NCBI GenBank assembly: GCA_016935525.1
Contig: JAFGQU010000022.1
Span: 12,471-76,470 of the forward strand
DNA length: 64,000 nucleotides
Direction of reading: 5' to 3'
DNA from: Candidatus Omnitrophota bacterium
GTDB lineage: Bacteria > Omnitrophota > Gorgyraeia > Duberdicusellales > 4484-171
Shown here one piece after another: positions 37,082 to 47,026 of this stretch. Positions within the stretch are counted from its first letter, which is position 1, and each line of letters starts with the position of its first letter. A program made the position numbers and the translations under genes. Below the pieces are notes generated by a model, which worked only from the letters and a program-made list of their open reading frames with translations, was not told the origin of the DNA and ran no database searches.

Positions 37082-37924
37082 TCAGTCTGTCCAAAATTCT
37101 CCGAACATATACCATTGAGAAGGATATTTTTTTATGTAGCTTCCCAGTATTCCGGCGCATTCGTCTAACAGTTCGCTTTCAGTCTTTAATCCGTCTCCTT
37201 TCAACGGAGAGATCGCTTTTTCAAAAATCAAACGATAATGATCTCTATTTTCACGGATCATAAACGTCGGGACGATATATGACCGGCTGCGCAGGGCGAA
37301 CCGTACCGGTCCCTTCGGCAATTTGCAGGCATGGTCAAGCAGAGTTACCTTTTCTCCATTACCGAAAAAATCCCGGTCACCTACGATAGCTATTATACCG
37401 CCTTCGGCTAAATAACGAAAACAAGTTTTTACTTCGTCGGTGGAGATGATTTTTACTTTACAGAGATTCCGTTGATGATTAAAAAAACGGTTTACTCTGG
37501 GGTTTTTATGCGGCAAAGCTAATCCGGCAACCGGGTAACCCGACATGCCCATAACCGCGGCACCTAATTCGTAATTGCCCAGATGGGCGCTGTAGATAAT
37601 AATGCTTTTGCCTTCCTGACGTAACCGGTCGACGATCTCCCGGTGCTCTATCTTTACGTATCGGGTTATAAACTTCGGGTTGATCCGGGAAAAACGAAAG
37701 AAATCGACAAGATAATAGGTGAAATTTATGAATATCATGCGTACGTGTGCGGCAAGTTTCTTTTTATCATCGCCGATGACCGGTTTAAGGTTATTGCTGA
37801 TCACGACAAAATCCCGTTTCGCACATAGAAACTGTAGATTCCCTAAAAGATAGGCCAGGAGATACCCTACCCGCCGGGGAAGGATTAATGCGAGGAATCT
37901 CCCTAGAAGAAACAGAAAATACAT
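37082..37924 (-). CDS. Lipid A biosynthesis (Kdo2-lipid IVA) acyltransferase, LpxL/HtrB family
   Basis: SAHLGNYELG (H-x4-E/D acyltransferase motif). About 280 aa. Confidence 0.7.
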   Translation of the reverse strand: MYFLFLLGRFLALILPRRVGYLLAYLLGNLQFLCAKRDFVVISNNLKPVIGDDKKKLAAHVRMIFINFTYYLVDFFRFSRINPKFITRYVKIEHREIVDRLRQEGKSIIIYSAHLGNYELGAAVMGMSGYPVAGLALPHKNPRVNRFFNHQRNLCKVKIISTDEVKTCFRYLAEGGIIAIVGDRDFFGNGEKVTLLDHACKLPKGPVRFALRSRSYIVPTFMIRENRDHYRLIFEKAISPLKGDGLKTESELLDECAGILGSYIKKYPSQWYMFGEFWTD

Positions 37925-37925
37925 A

Positions 37926-39038
37926 TTATAGTTTTTTTTGATTTAAAGTAACATCGGCAATATGCAATGCCGCGTCGCTCAACGCGGTCTGTTTTGCCGA
38001 TTCTTTTAAAACCGATAATTGGCGGGGATTATTGAGCAGCATATTCACCGTAACCGGTATCTGGATGAGATTAGTGATCCGGATGATTGCCTGTCGGTTT
38101 TCAAGGTAACGGACATTACGATCTTCCTGTCCCGGAATAGGATTTACTACTAAGGTGCCGATCCCTTTGGTCAGAGCTTCCGAAATGGTTAATCCCCCGC
38201 CTTTGGTAATCAAGATATCCGAAAAATCCATCAGTTTATTTATAAAATCGACATATCCATACGCAAAGATTTTTTTGCGGAATTTTTTACGGGAAACCCA
38301 TTCATAAAGCTTCTTATTCCGGCCGCAGACGACGATCAATTGAAGCTGCCGTGGCAATTCTTCCATGAGTTTGATGATCTGTTTGATCGGGCCGATTCCT
38401 AACCCTCCGCCCATGATCATTATCGTTTTGGTATCGAATGCAAACCCGAATTCCGCGGCAATCGCTTCGCGAGGATGGTTTTGGCTGAATTGATAAGAAA
38501 TAGGGATGCCTGCCACCTTGATCTTTTCCTGAGGAACCCCTTCTTTTACTAAAATCTGCTTGGCTTCCTGACAGGCTACCGTATAGATGCTGATCTGTGG
38601 ATGGATCCAGAACCGATGAGGATAATAATCGGTTACTACCGCGATCAGGGGGATATCAAGTTTATATTTCTTTTTTATATCGCCGGCGATACGACAGGGA
38701 AATGCCTGAGTAGCCAGAATAGCCCCCGGCTGGTAATCATTTAAAAGTTTGTAAATTTTAGGGATAGCAAATATATTTACGATATTCTGGAGAGGCGAGG
38801 CGGCTTTTACGACCGTCTTACGGTCATATAATGATCCCCAGATAAACGGAGCATGTTTTATCGTGAGCATATAAAAGAAGTCGATACAACGTTCCAGACG
38901 CGGAGTAACATATCCGAACCCGTTAATGTTCTTTATATCTAAAGAAGGTTCACGAAACCGAAACGCTTCTTCAAGGTTTTCGCTTGCTTTTTTATGGCCG
39001 CCATATTGGGAAATGTGTAAAAGCAATAATCGTTTCAT
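37926..39038 (-). CDS. Diacylglycerol glycosyltransferase, UgtP / MGDG-synthase family (GT28)
   Basis: Collinear with B. subtilis UgtP: LLLHISQYGGHKKAS, IMGGGLGIGPIK, ITKGGGLTISEAL, NPIPGQEDRN. Confidence 0.8.
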   Translation of the reverse strand: MKRLLLLHISQYGGHKKASENLEEAFRFREPSLDIKNINGFGYVTPRLERCIDFFYMLTIKHAPFIWGSLYDRKTVVKAASPLQNIVNIFAIPKIYKLLNDYQPGAILATQAFPCRIAGDIKKKYKLDIPLIAVVTDYYPHRFWIHPQISIYTVACQEAKQILVKEGVPQEKIKVAGIPISYQFSQNHPREAIAAEFGFAFDTKTIMIMGGGLGIGPIKQIIKLMEELPRQLQLIVVCGRNKKLYEWVSRKKFRKKIFAYGYVDFINKLMDFSDILITKGGGLTISEALTKGIGTLVVNPIPGQEDRNVRYLENRQAIIRITNLIQIPVTVNMLLNNPRQLSVLKESAKQTALSDAALHIADVTLNQKKL

Positions 39039-39046
39039 GCTGAATC

Positions 39047-40207
39047 CTATCGAGAGAATGCTGAAATAAAAGCGTTCACAACCTGGGGATGAAACTGTAC
39101 TCCGGAATTTTTTTTAATTTCTGCGATCGCCTCATCATGGGTCAAAGCTTTACGGTACGGCCGTTCAGTAGTCATCGCGTCATAGGCATCGGCGACTGAA
39201 ATAACCGCGGCGATCATCGGGATTTTTTTACCGGATAACCCTTGAGGATATCCTTCCCCGTCATAACGTTCATGATGATACTTTACTCCCAGAATCACCT
39301 GATTGAGGTCTTTTATCGGAGAAAGGATGCCTTCTCCTACCAGCGGATGAGTTTTAATCGAAGCCCATTCGGTTTCGTTTAAACTTTCCTGTTTGTTCAG
39401 TATCTGTTCCGGCACGCCGATCTTTCCGATATCATGCAGGAGCGCGGCAATACGCAGATGAGAGGTAAATTCTTCCCAGTTCCGGATCTTTCTCATCTTA
39501 CGCAGTTGGTTGGCGATGACCATCGAATAATCGACGACTCGTTTGGTATGTCCCGAAGTATAGTGGTCTTTCGCTTCAATCGCCTCAGCCAGCGTCGATA
39601 TCGTCTGGACGAAAAGATTCTGATTTTTCTCAAGCTGTATCGTAAGGTCTTCAAACAAACTGGCATTTCGTATTGCCATCGCCACATCCGAAGAAAGGAT
39701 AGAAAGAAACGTGAGTTCGTCGGTCCCGAAAGATTTCTTATCTTTTTTCTCGCCTAACACGAATACTCCGAAAAACTCGTCACGGAAGAATATCGGGATG
39801 GCTATCCTTGCTTTATAGACCTTCAATTGTTGATGCAGTTGTTCTAAAAGCTTCTTTTCTTCGGGCGACTCCAGGATTTTTTTACTTTTCAGACGGGACT
39901 GGATCCGTTCGGTAATAAGAAACAGATTATCGTGGCCGGGAACGTGATAAGTAAGAAAATATTTGATTAAAGGCGACTCCGAAGATATCTTGATCAGTCC
40001 GGAAGGGACTTTTGTCCCTTTTTTGCCCTGACTGATCGTAAGAATATAGGATTTTTTCTGTTGGTCAAAAAGGAATATCCCGGCATGAGATACCTTCAGA
40101 CAACGTAACACGGTGCGGATGATGAGTTTGATCAAGGTGTCGGTACGATGTATCAGGATCATTCGGCGAGCCGCTTTTTCAAGCTCTTTACGATAAGTTA
40201 TTTTCAT
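39047..40207 (-). CDS. GAF-domain HD-GYP phosphodiesterase (c-di-GMP signalling)
   Basis: HD motif (LLHDIGK) and HHERYDGEGYPQGL (HD-GYP signature). N-terminal GAF-like region. Confidence 0.8.
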   Translation of the reverse strand: MKITYRKELEKAARRMILIHRTDTLIKLIIRTVLRCLKVSHAGIFLFDQQKKSYILTISQGKKGTKVPSGLIKISSESPLIKYFLTYHVPGHDNLFLITERIQSRLKSKKILESPEEKKLLEQLHQQLKVYKARIAIPIFFRDEFFGVFVLGEKKDKKSFGTDELTFLSILSSDVAMAIRNASLFEDLTIQLEKNQNLFVQTISTLAEAIEAKDHYTSGHTKRVVDYSMVIANQLRKMRKIRNWEEFTSHLRIAALLHDIGKIGVPEQILNKQESLNETEWASIKTHPLVGEGILSPIKDLNQVILGVKYHHERYDGEGYPQGLSGKKIPMIAAVISVADAYDAMTTERPYRKALTHDEAIAEIKKNSGVQFHPQVVNAFISAFSR

Positions 40208-40275
40208 GAGTTTGTATCAATCGTATTGTCAGCGGAAGGCCTCATCTCCCTTTGAGATCAGTGAGAAAAAACGTA

Positions 40276-40632
40276 TCAATTCATATATTTGCCGATCAAC
40301 GTATCCAGCGATTCCAATTCTATCGGTTTTACCAGATAATCGATCACACCGAATTTTTTTGCCCGTACAATCGATTCTTTATCGTCTTTGGCGGTAATCA
40401 TGATGACTTTTGTATCGTGGGAGGAGTTGCGGATATGTTCTAAGATATAGAAACCGTCTTCCCCGGGCATTTTTACATCCAACAATACTAACTGAGGGTT
40501 CTCGGCATCGAATATCTCCAGTGCCGATTGGGCCTCCGTGGCGGTGAACGCTTTAAATCCTTTACGTTTCAAAAAATTCTTAAAAAATTCAACTACTTCG
40601 ACTTCGTCATCGACAATCAATATTTTACTCAT
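40276..40632 (-). CDS. Single-domain response regulator (CheY-like receiver)
   Basis: ILIVDDE...LLDVKMPGEDGF...KVIMITA with conserved D/D/T/K positions. Confidence 0.85.
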   Translation of the reverse strand: MSKILIVDDEVEVVEFFKNFLKRKGFKAFTATEAQSALEIFDAENPQLVLLDVKMPGEDGFYILEHIRNSSHDTKVIMITAKDDKESIVRAKKFGVIDYLVKPIELESLDTLIGKYMN

Positions 40633-40754
40633 TGCTCCTCCTTAAGTTGCTTCATCGATCAGGTAGAACCCGGTATAATAATGAAATTTATTATACCATA
40701 AAATAATTTTTGGGGTATATTTTCCTTACTGGATAACGGCTAAACGGCTTCCGG

Positions 40755-42002
40755 TTATTCCGACTCGAGGGTAAGTTTGGTTATGATCTCGGCGATGGTA
40801 GGATGCATAAAAACGCTCTTTTTTAAGCTATCGATGGACATTCGGTTGCGTATCGCATAGGCAAAAATACTGATAAGCTCACAGGCCCCCCGGGAAAGAA
40901 GCGTGGCTCCCAAGAGGGCTCCTTTTTCATCTATAAGGATTTTAAGGTAACCTCCATCGTCATGGTATACCGATGATGACGAAAATGGGCGAAAATGGGT
41001 TTTAAGAGCGCGGTACGCTGTTCTTTCCTGTTCTAACTGCTCCTCTTGGATTCCTACCTGGGCCAGTTGAGGAATAGTAAAAACACCTTCCGGAATACCC
41101 ATAACACTGTATTTCTGGCTGTTTCCGGCAATATTTTCTACGCAGATACGGCCCTGATATTCTCCGATATAGGCATACATCTTTTCTGCGGTCACATCGC
41201 CGCAGGCGTAAATATGCGGCAGGTTTGTCTGACAGAATTCATTAGTAAGGACCCTTTGCGACTGATCACGTTGTATCCCGATAGCATCCAGGTTAAGCCC
41301 CTGAGTATGCGGCACTCTGCCTGCGGCAAGCAGGACCATATCATATTCGTTGAAATCATATTGAGCGGCATCGGCCCCGGTATGAATATCGATGCCTTCG
41401 CGGGACATGTACGTTTTTAACCTTTGAACGATTGAACTGTCAAATCCTAAAAGGATCCGTGGTTCTTTTTCTATGACGGTCACCTTCCGGGAAAGAGTAT
41501 GTAAGAGCGAGGCGAATTCCACGCCGATAGCTCCTCCGCCGACAATAAGGAATTTTCCGGGCAGGGTTTTAAACGAAAAAAGAGTTTCGGCAAAGAATAT
41601 CTTTTTATTGTCTACTCCCAGAAAATCTCTGGGATGAGAACCGGTCGCGATAATATAATATTGAGATTGGATCCTTTTTTCTCCGACGGCGATCTCCCGG
41701 TCATTTATAAACCGGGCCGAGCCCCATAAAAATTCCAGCCCTTGGGTGTGAAGGAATTGGAGCGACTTTTTTTTAATGGATCCGACCAGTTTTTCTTTTT
41801 CCTCATAAAGCCGGGCGGGATTTTTTTCGTATCCCCCGTGGTGAAGATACAGTTTGGCGGGGATGCAACCCCGGTTAAGGCAGGTCCCGCCGTATAGAGC
41901 GGGATCTACATCGATCAGGACGGTCTTTTTTTTCTTTTTCAATGCCTGCCGGGCGGCTTCGATCCCTGCGGCTCCGGCTCCGATTATTACGATATCGTAC
42001 AT
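40755..42002 (-). CDS. Class I pyridine nucleotide-disulfide oxidoreductase (dihydrolipoamide dehydrogenase family)
   Basis: IVIIGAGAAG. Redox-active GGTCLNRGCIPAK. C-terminal FMHPTIAEI dimerisation motif. 415 aa, shorter than canonical Lpd. Confidence 0.7.
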   Translation of the reverse strand: MYDIVIIGAGAAGIEAARQALKKKKKTVLIDVDPALYGGTCLNRGCIPAKLYLHHGGYEKNPARLYEEKEKLVGSIKKKSLQFLHTQGLEFLWGSARFINDREIAVGEKRIQSQYYIIATGSHPRDFLGVDNKKIFFAETLFSFKTLPGKFLIVGGGAIGVEFASLLHTLSRKVTVIEKEPRILLGFDSSIVQRLKTYMSREGIDIHTGADAAQYDFNEYDMVLLAAGRVPHTQGLNLDAIGIQRDQSQRVLTNEFCQTNLPHIYACGDVTAEKMYAYIGEYQGRICVENIAGNSQKYSVMGIPEGVFTIPQLAQVGIQEEQLEQERTAYRALKTHFRPFSSSSVYHDDGGYLKILIDEKGALLGATLLSRGACELISIFAYAIRNRMSIDSLKKSVFMHPTIAEIITKLTLESE

Positions 42003-42910
42003 TGTCTGAACGAAAGGTTATAGTCGTCGACCGTTTTCTTTATCCGGGCATCAAGAGGGATCTCAATGATCTTTTCTATTCCGTCCTTTGAAATGATACA
42101 AGGAACTCCCATAGCAATATCCGAGACTCCGTATTCTCCGTCAAGACAGACCGAAACCGGAATCAGGCTGTGGGTATCAAGAGCGATCGATGCGACAAGG
42201 TCAGCGCAGGCTAAAGACGGCGCAAAATAGGCGCTGCGGCTTTTCAATTGGTCCACTATTTCTTTTCCGCGCAGTGTTACGCGGGACGAGACTTCTTCCT
42301 GTTCTGAGGGAGTAAGAAAATCGGTTATCGGAAGGTTGTTGTATTTTGAATACTCCAGAAGTGGAAGCATATCTTTACTATGCGGGCCGATTACCAGCGA
42401 GTGGATCGAAGCCGGATCGACCGTGGTCTTCTGGTAGATCAGGTTGGTCAGACGTGCCGAGTCAAGGCCGGCTCCCATACCGATCACCCGGGTACGGTCG
42501 AACCCTAACCTTTTTTGCACGAAATATACCAGAAGGTCAAGAGGATTGGTCACGATGACGACTACGGATTCCGGCGCGTTCTTTTTTATCTCAACAGCGA
42601 TTCCTTCGACAATAGTACGATTGATCTTTAAAAGATCACTACGGGTCATTCCTTCCTGTCTCGGTTTACCGGCAGTAATGACTACGATATCCGATCCGGC
42701 GATATCGGAAATCCGGTGGCTTCCGGTGATCTGCGTCCGGAACCCTATAAATTGCCGGGTATCTTCAAGGTCATAAGCGATCCCGCAGGCGAGTCCCGGG
42801 AGAACATCCACCAGGACAAGGTCTTTAAGGTCTAGTTTATTTAAAAGATGGAAGGCAAGTGCGCTTCCTACCGAGCCGGCTCCGATAATAGAGATTTTAT
42901 TGATCATAAT
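41987..42910 (-). CDS. mdh: Malate dehydrogenase (LDH-like family)
   Basis: ISIIGAGSVG. ITAGKPRQEGMTRSDL with Arg at the substrate-specificity position (malate-type). Start set at MINKISIIG. Confidence 0.8.
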   Translation of the reverse strand: MMINKISIIGAGSVGSALAFHLLNKLDLKDLVLVDVLPGLACGIAYDLEDTRQFIGFRTQITGSHRISDIAGSDIVVITAGKPRQEGMTRSDLLKINRTIVEGIAVEIKKNAPESVVVIVTNPLDLLVYFVQKRLGFDRTRVIGMGAGLDSARLTNLIYQKTTVDPASIHSLVIGPHSKDMLPLLEYSKYNNLPITDFLTPSEQEEVSSRVTLRGKEIVDQLKSRSAYFAPSLACADLVASIALDTHSLIPVSVCLDGEYGVSDIAMGVPCIISKDGIEKIIEIPLDARIKKTVDDYNLSFRQCTIS

Positions 42911-42917
42911 CGTTATA

Positions 42918-43032
42918 TTGAAATACGATAGAAATACATAGAAATACGATGGAAATGCAATTGTATTTCGTTCCGTGAAGCGGAACATATTTCACGAACG
43001 TATGTGAGTATATTTCGCGAAGCATATTTCAA
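42918..43032. repeat. Inverted array of direct repeats (GAAATAC x4, central hairpin, GTATTTC x4) between the IDH-family gene and mdh
   Basis: gaaatacgatagaaatacatagaaatacgatggaaatgcaat - tgtatttcgttccgtgaagcggaacatatttcacgaacgtatgtgagtatatttcgcgaagcatatttcaatg. Confidence 0.85.
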
Positions 43033-44114
43033 TGAGACTTTATTTTCTTGATTATTGCATCGGCCATCTGAGACGTCCCGACTGCGGCCGGATCGTCACG
43101 GTCGGCTTTTAGATCATAGGTTACCGCTTTCCCTTCGGCAATAACCTCTTCGACCGCTTTTTCGAGGCAGCAGGCTTCACGTGTATATCCCAGATGTTTT
43201 AACATCAACACCCCCGAAAGGATCGTTGCGGTCGGATTCACCTTGTTTTTTCCGGTATATTTCGGAGCCGAGCCGTGGACCGGTTCGAACACCGCATATT
43301 CATCTCCGATATTCGCGCCCGGGGCGACCCCTAACCCCCCTACCAATCCTGCGCATAGATCGGAAATAATGTCGCCGTAGAGATTTTGTAATACCAGAAT
43401 ATCAAAATTTTGCGGACGGGTCACCAATTGCATGCATAGATTATCGACAATGATATCGCCGGCTTCAATATCGGGATATTCTTTGGCGACTTCTTTAAAT
43501 GTATGCAGCCATAATCCGTCGGTCGCTTTCATGATGTTCGCTTTATGTACACAGGTAACCTTTTTGCGGCTTTCTTTACGGGCCAATTCAAAGGCAAACC
43601 GGCTGATATGGCGAGTTGCGCTTATCGATATCGGTTTAATCGAGATGGCACTGTCTTTTCGTATCTCCTGCCCGCTTGCGGCTGAGATCTGCGATATAAG
43701 CTTATCGGTCACTTCCTCACCCTGAAAGAACTCTATGCCGGCATAAAGATCTTCGGAATTTTCCCTCAGTACGATAATATCGACGTTTTTATGAGGCGCG
43801 GCTACTCCGGCTATGGTCTTTGCCGGCCGCAGGCATACGGACAGATCTAACGCATGTCGCAAGGCTACATTTACCGAACGGAAACCGCTTCCTATCGGAG
43901 TAATGATCGGCCCTTTAATGGCTACTTTATTTTTTTTTATCGAATCGAGAGTTGCTTTAGGCAGGAGCTCTCCGCTTGCTTCCAATGCCGGTTGCCCGGC
44001 CAACGCTTCTTGCCATTCGATAGTTACTCCGGTCGCATCGATACAACGCCGTGTGGCCAGAGTCACTTCCGGCCCGATCCCGTCACCTGGGATAAGAGTC
44101 ACTTTGTGCGACAT
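43029..44114 (-). CDS. Isocitrate / 3-isopropylmalate dehydrogenase family protein (NAD-dependent beta-decarboxylating dehydrogenase)
   Basis: LIPGDGIGPEV N-terminus. FRSVNVALR. GSAPKYTGKNKVNPTATILS. 361 aa. IDH vs LeuB vs homoisocitrate DH cannot be resolved by eye. Confidence 0.75.
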   Translation of the reverse strand: MSHKVTLIPGDGIGPEVTLATRRCIDATGVTIEWQEALAGQPALEASGELLPKATLDSIKKNKVAIKGPIITPIGSGFRSVNVALRHALDLSVCLRPAKTIAGVAAPHKNVDIIVLRENSEDLYAGIEFFQGEEVTDKLISQISAASGQEIRKDSAISIKPISISATRHISRFAFELARKESRKKVTCVHKANIMKATDGLWLHTFKEVAKEYPDIEAGDIIVDNLCMQLVTRPQNFDILVLQNLYGDIISDLCAGLVGGLGVAPGANIGDEYAVFEPVHGSAPKYTGKNKVNPTATILSGVLMLKHLGYTREACCLEKAVEEVIAEGKAVTYDLKADRDDPAAVGTSQMADAIIKKIKSH

Positions 44115-44210
44115 TGCATCCTTTCCCGCGTGAATCCCTGCCCGCCCTGCCTGAGTACAGTCAGGGCGCAGGCGGTGGCGCGTTTTGATCCGTGGGATTC
44201 CGCTGCTATC

Positions 44211-44711
44211 TTACAATTTAAAATCACCGTATTTTTTTAAATAAGGGATGATCCCCCCCTGATTCACCAATTCTTTACGGAATGAATCAAATTTGACAAA
44301 TACACTCTCTTTATTTTTTGTATGGTTGTAAATAACTCCCCGGTCGCAATCAACCGTCAGTTCATCTTTTTCTGCGATCCCTTCGGTATCGGCTTCAATC
44401 AGCGGCAGGCCGATATTAAAGGCATTACGATAAAATATCCGGGCAAAACTTTTTGCTACTACACAGGCAATTCCCGCTTCTTTGATCACCCAGGGCGCCT
44501 GTTCCCGGGAAGAACCTAACCCGAAATTATTTCCGGCAATGACGATCGATTTTCCGGGAGTGATCTCTTTTGAAAACCCCGGCCGGATATCTTCAAAGAG
44601 ATATTGTGATAATTCCTTCATATCGCTGATTTTAAATTTGTAGCGCCCTGAAATGATAAAATCGGTATTGATGTCGTCGCCAAAACGAAAGGTTATGCCG
44701 TCAAATTTCAT
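44211..44711 (-). CDS. leuD: 3-isopropylmalate (or homo-)aconitase-family dehydratase, small subunit (archaeal-type LeuD)
   Basis: 166 aa. GDDINTDFIISGRY and AGNNFGLGSSREQAP motifs. Confidence 0.75.
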   Translation of the reverse strand: MKFDGITFRFGDDINTDFIISGRYKFKISDMKELSQYLFEDIRPGFSKEITPGKSIVIAGNNFGLGSSREQAPWVIKEAGIACVVAKSFARIFYRNAFNIGLPLIEADTEGIAEKDELTVDCDRGVIYNHTKNKESVFVKFDSFRKELVNQGGIIPYLKKYGDFKL

Positions 44712-45757
44712 AAGTTTTTGAAATCCAGAGGGTTACGGACTCTGGTCATCGCAGTTTCCATTGTGATTACTCCGGTCTGTACCAGTTCTTTAAGACAATG
44801 GTCCATAGTGTGCATTCCGTATTGAGCGCCCATCTGCATCAATGAAGGAATCTGCGCGATCTCTCCTTCACGGATCAAATTTCTGATACCGGGGGTGGAA
44901 ATCATCACTTCTGTCGCAAGTCTTCTTCCCTGCCCGTCAGCCCGCGGTAAAAGGTTTTGCGAGATTACCCCTTGCAGACAATCGGCAAGTTGTACGCGTA
45001 CCTGTTTTTGTTGATGCGGAGGGAATACGTCGATGATCCGTTGTACGGTCTGCGGAGCATCGGAAGTATGTATTGTCCCCAGTACCAGATGGCCGGTTTC
45101 GGCCGCCGTGATCGTCGTTGCAATCGTTTCCAGATCGCGCATTTCCCCTACCACGATCACATCGGGATCCTGGCGTAAACAACGTTTTAAAGCTTCCGGG
45201 AACGAATGGGTATCGGCGTACACTTCTCGTTGTTTTATGATACTCTTACGGTTCTCATGATAGAATTCTATAGGGTCTTCTATACATACGATCATTTCCT
45301 GTCGTTCGGAGTTGATCACATCGATCATTGCCGCCATGGTAGTGCTTTTTCCAGTTCCGGTCGGCCCGGTGAGAAGAATAAGGCCGTTACGGCGTTGAAG
45401 TAACTCGTAAGCAATCGGCGGTAGGTCTAATTGATCCATGCCGGGAATCACCTTTGGAATCCGTCTAAATGCCGCCTCTACACTGGTCCTTTGATAGTGG
45501 ACATTAACCCGGAACCGGTCAAGTCCGGACATAGTAAACGAAAAATCAAGTTCTTTGTCGCGTTCAAAAATAGCTTTTTGATCGTCAGTCAATATACTGT
45601 AGATGAGTGATTTAGTCTCATCGCCGGAGAGTGAGTCCATCGTCATCGTGTACAGGCGGCCGTCAATGCGCAAGATCGGAGGTTGGTTGACAGTGATATG
45701 AAGGTCACTGGCTTTTTTATCCATAGTGAGCTTCAGTAGTTCATTGATCGTTACCAT
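44708..45757 (-). CDS. pilT: Type IV pilus retraction ATPase PilT
   Basis: Walker A LLTGPTGTGKSTT. PilT-signature GHLVLGTIHTSDAPQTVQRIIDVFP. 349 aa. Confidence 0.85.
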   Translation of the reverse strand: MVTINELLKLTMDKKASDLHITVNQPPILRIDGRLYTMTMDSLSGDETKSLIYSILTDDQKAIFERDKELDFSFTMSGLDRFRVNVHYQRTSVEAAFRRIPKVIPGMDQLDLPPIAYELLQRRNGLILLTGPTGTGKSTTMAAMIDVINSERQEMIVCIEDPIEFYHENRKSIIKQREVYADTHSFPEALKRCLRQDPDVIVVGEMRDLETIATTITAAETGHLVLGTIHTSDAPQTVQRIIDVFPPHQQKQVRVQLADCLQGVISQNLLPRADGQGRRLATEVMISTPGIRNLIREGEIAQIPSLMQMGAQYGMHTMDHCLKELVQTGVITMETAMTRVRNPLDFKNL

Positions 45758-45772
45758 AGTAACTTTCCTCTC

Positions 45773-47026
45773 TTATTTTATATATTTTCTCGGATCGGTT
45801 ATTTTTCCGGTAAGGCTTGATGCCGCGACAGCAGCCGGAGATGCAAGATAAATAAAACTATGAGGGTTACCCATTCTTCCTTTAAAATTACGGTTAGCCG
45901 TCGATAACACTACTTCTCCGTCTGCCGGCACCCCCAGATGGGTCCCTACACACGGCCCGCATCCGGCAGGAAGGATAACCGCACCGGCATCGATCAGGGT
46001 TTTTATGAGACCTTTTTTAAGCGCAGCGAGATAAATCTTTCCCGAAGCCGGAGCGATTAACAGTTTTATTCGCGGATGCACTTTTCGTCCGGAAAGTATT
46101 TTCGCTGCGATTTCAAGATCTTCTAACCTGCCGTTGGTACAGGTTCCAATATACGCCTGATCGATTTTAGTGTCAACCAGCTCTTCTATCGGCGCTCCGT
46201 TATCGACCGTATGAGGTTTTGCGATATAAGGAGTCAATTTCGATACATTACATTCGATCACTTTTTCATAGTGACAATCTTTATCCGGGTATACCGGGAT
46301 ATATGTACGGTCTTTTATTTTTTTCAAAAACTGGAGGACCTTCTTATCGACTGGGGTAGTGCCGCATTTTGCGCCGAATTCAATCGTCATGTTTGTGATG
46401 GTGCAACGCGCGTCGATGGAAAGGGTATCAATCACCCCTCCGGTAAATTCAATCGCTTTATACGTAGCCTCGTTTGCCGTAAGGGTATGGATTATGTGCA
46501 GGATGATATCCTTACTGTAGACTCCTTTAGGCAACTTGCCGTGTACGATGATCTTGTAAGTCTCGGGCACTTTGAACCAGTTTTTACCGGTAGTAAGGGT
46601 TACCGCAAGGTCGGTCGACCCGACTCCCATTCCGATCGCCCCCAGAGTCCCGCAGGTCGATGTATGCGAATCCGCACCCAGGATAAGGGCCCCGGGTATG
46701 GCGAACCCTTCTTCGATCACCAACTGATGCGAGATCCCGCAATTCACATCAAACAGGCGGGTTTTTGTTTTTTGAGAGAAGTCCCTCATACGCGAATGGA
46801 TCCTGGCTACGCCTACATTAGGAGCTGGAGCGCTATGATCGATGAATATCGCGTATTTCTTAGGATCTTTAAGAGGTTTTTTGAACGTAGCGATGCTGTC
46901 TAAGACCAATGAAGTCGTTCCGTCCTGAGAAAAACAAAAATCAACCCGGCACACCCCGACTTCTCCCGCTCGTAAAGATTTACCGGCATGACGAGAAAAA
47001 ACTTTTTCGGCGATTGTCTGGCTCAT
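45773..47026 (-). CDS. leuC: 3-isopropylmalate (or homo-)aconitase-family dehydratase, large subunit (archaeal-type LeuC)
   Basis: 417 aa. Aconitase-family Cys ligands (GTCTNG, AGCGPCVG). ...ADSHTSTCG... Confidence 0.8.
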   Translation of the reverse strand: MSQTIAEKVFSRHAGKSLRAGEVGVCRVDFCFSQDGTTSLVLDSIATFKKPLKDPKKYAIFIDHSAPAPNVGVARIHSRMRDFSQKTKTRLFDVNCGISHQLVIEEGFAIPGALILGADSHTSTCGTLGAIGMGVGSTDLAVTLTTGKNWFKVPETYKIIVHGKLPKGVYSKDIILHIIHTLTANEATYKAIEFTGGVIDTLSIDARCTITNMTIEFGAKCGTTPVDKKVLQFLKKIKDRTYIPVYPDKDCHYEKVIECNVSKLTPYIAKPHTVDNGAPIEELVDTKIDQAYIGTCTNGRLEDLEIAAKILSGRKVHPRIKLLIAPASGKIYLAALKKGLIKTLIDAGAVILPAGCGPCVGTHLGVPADGEVVLSTANRNFKGRMGNPHSFIYLASPAAVAASSLTGKITDPRKYIK

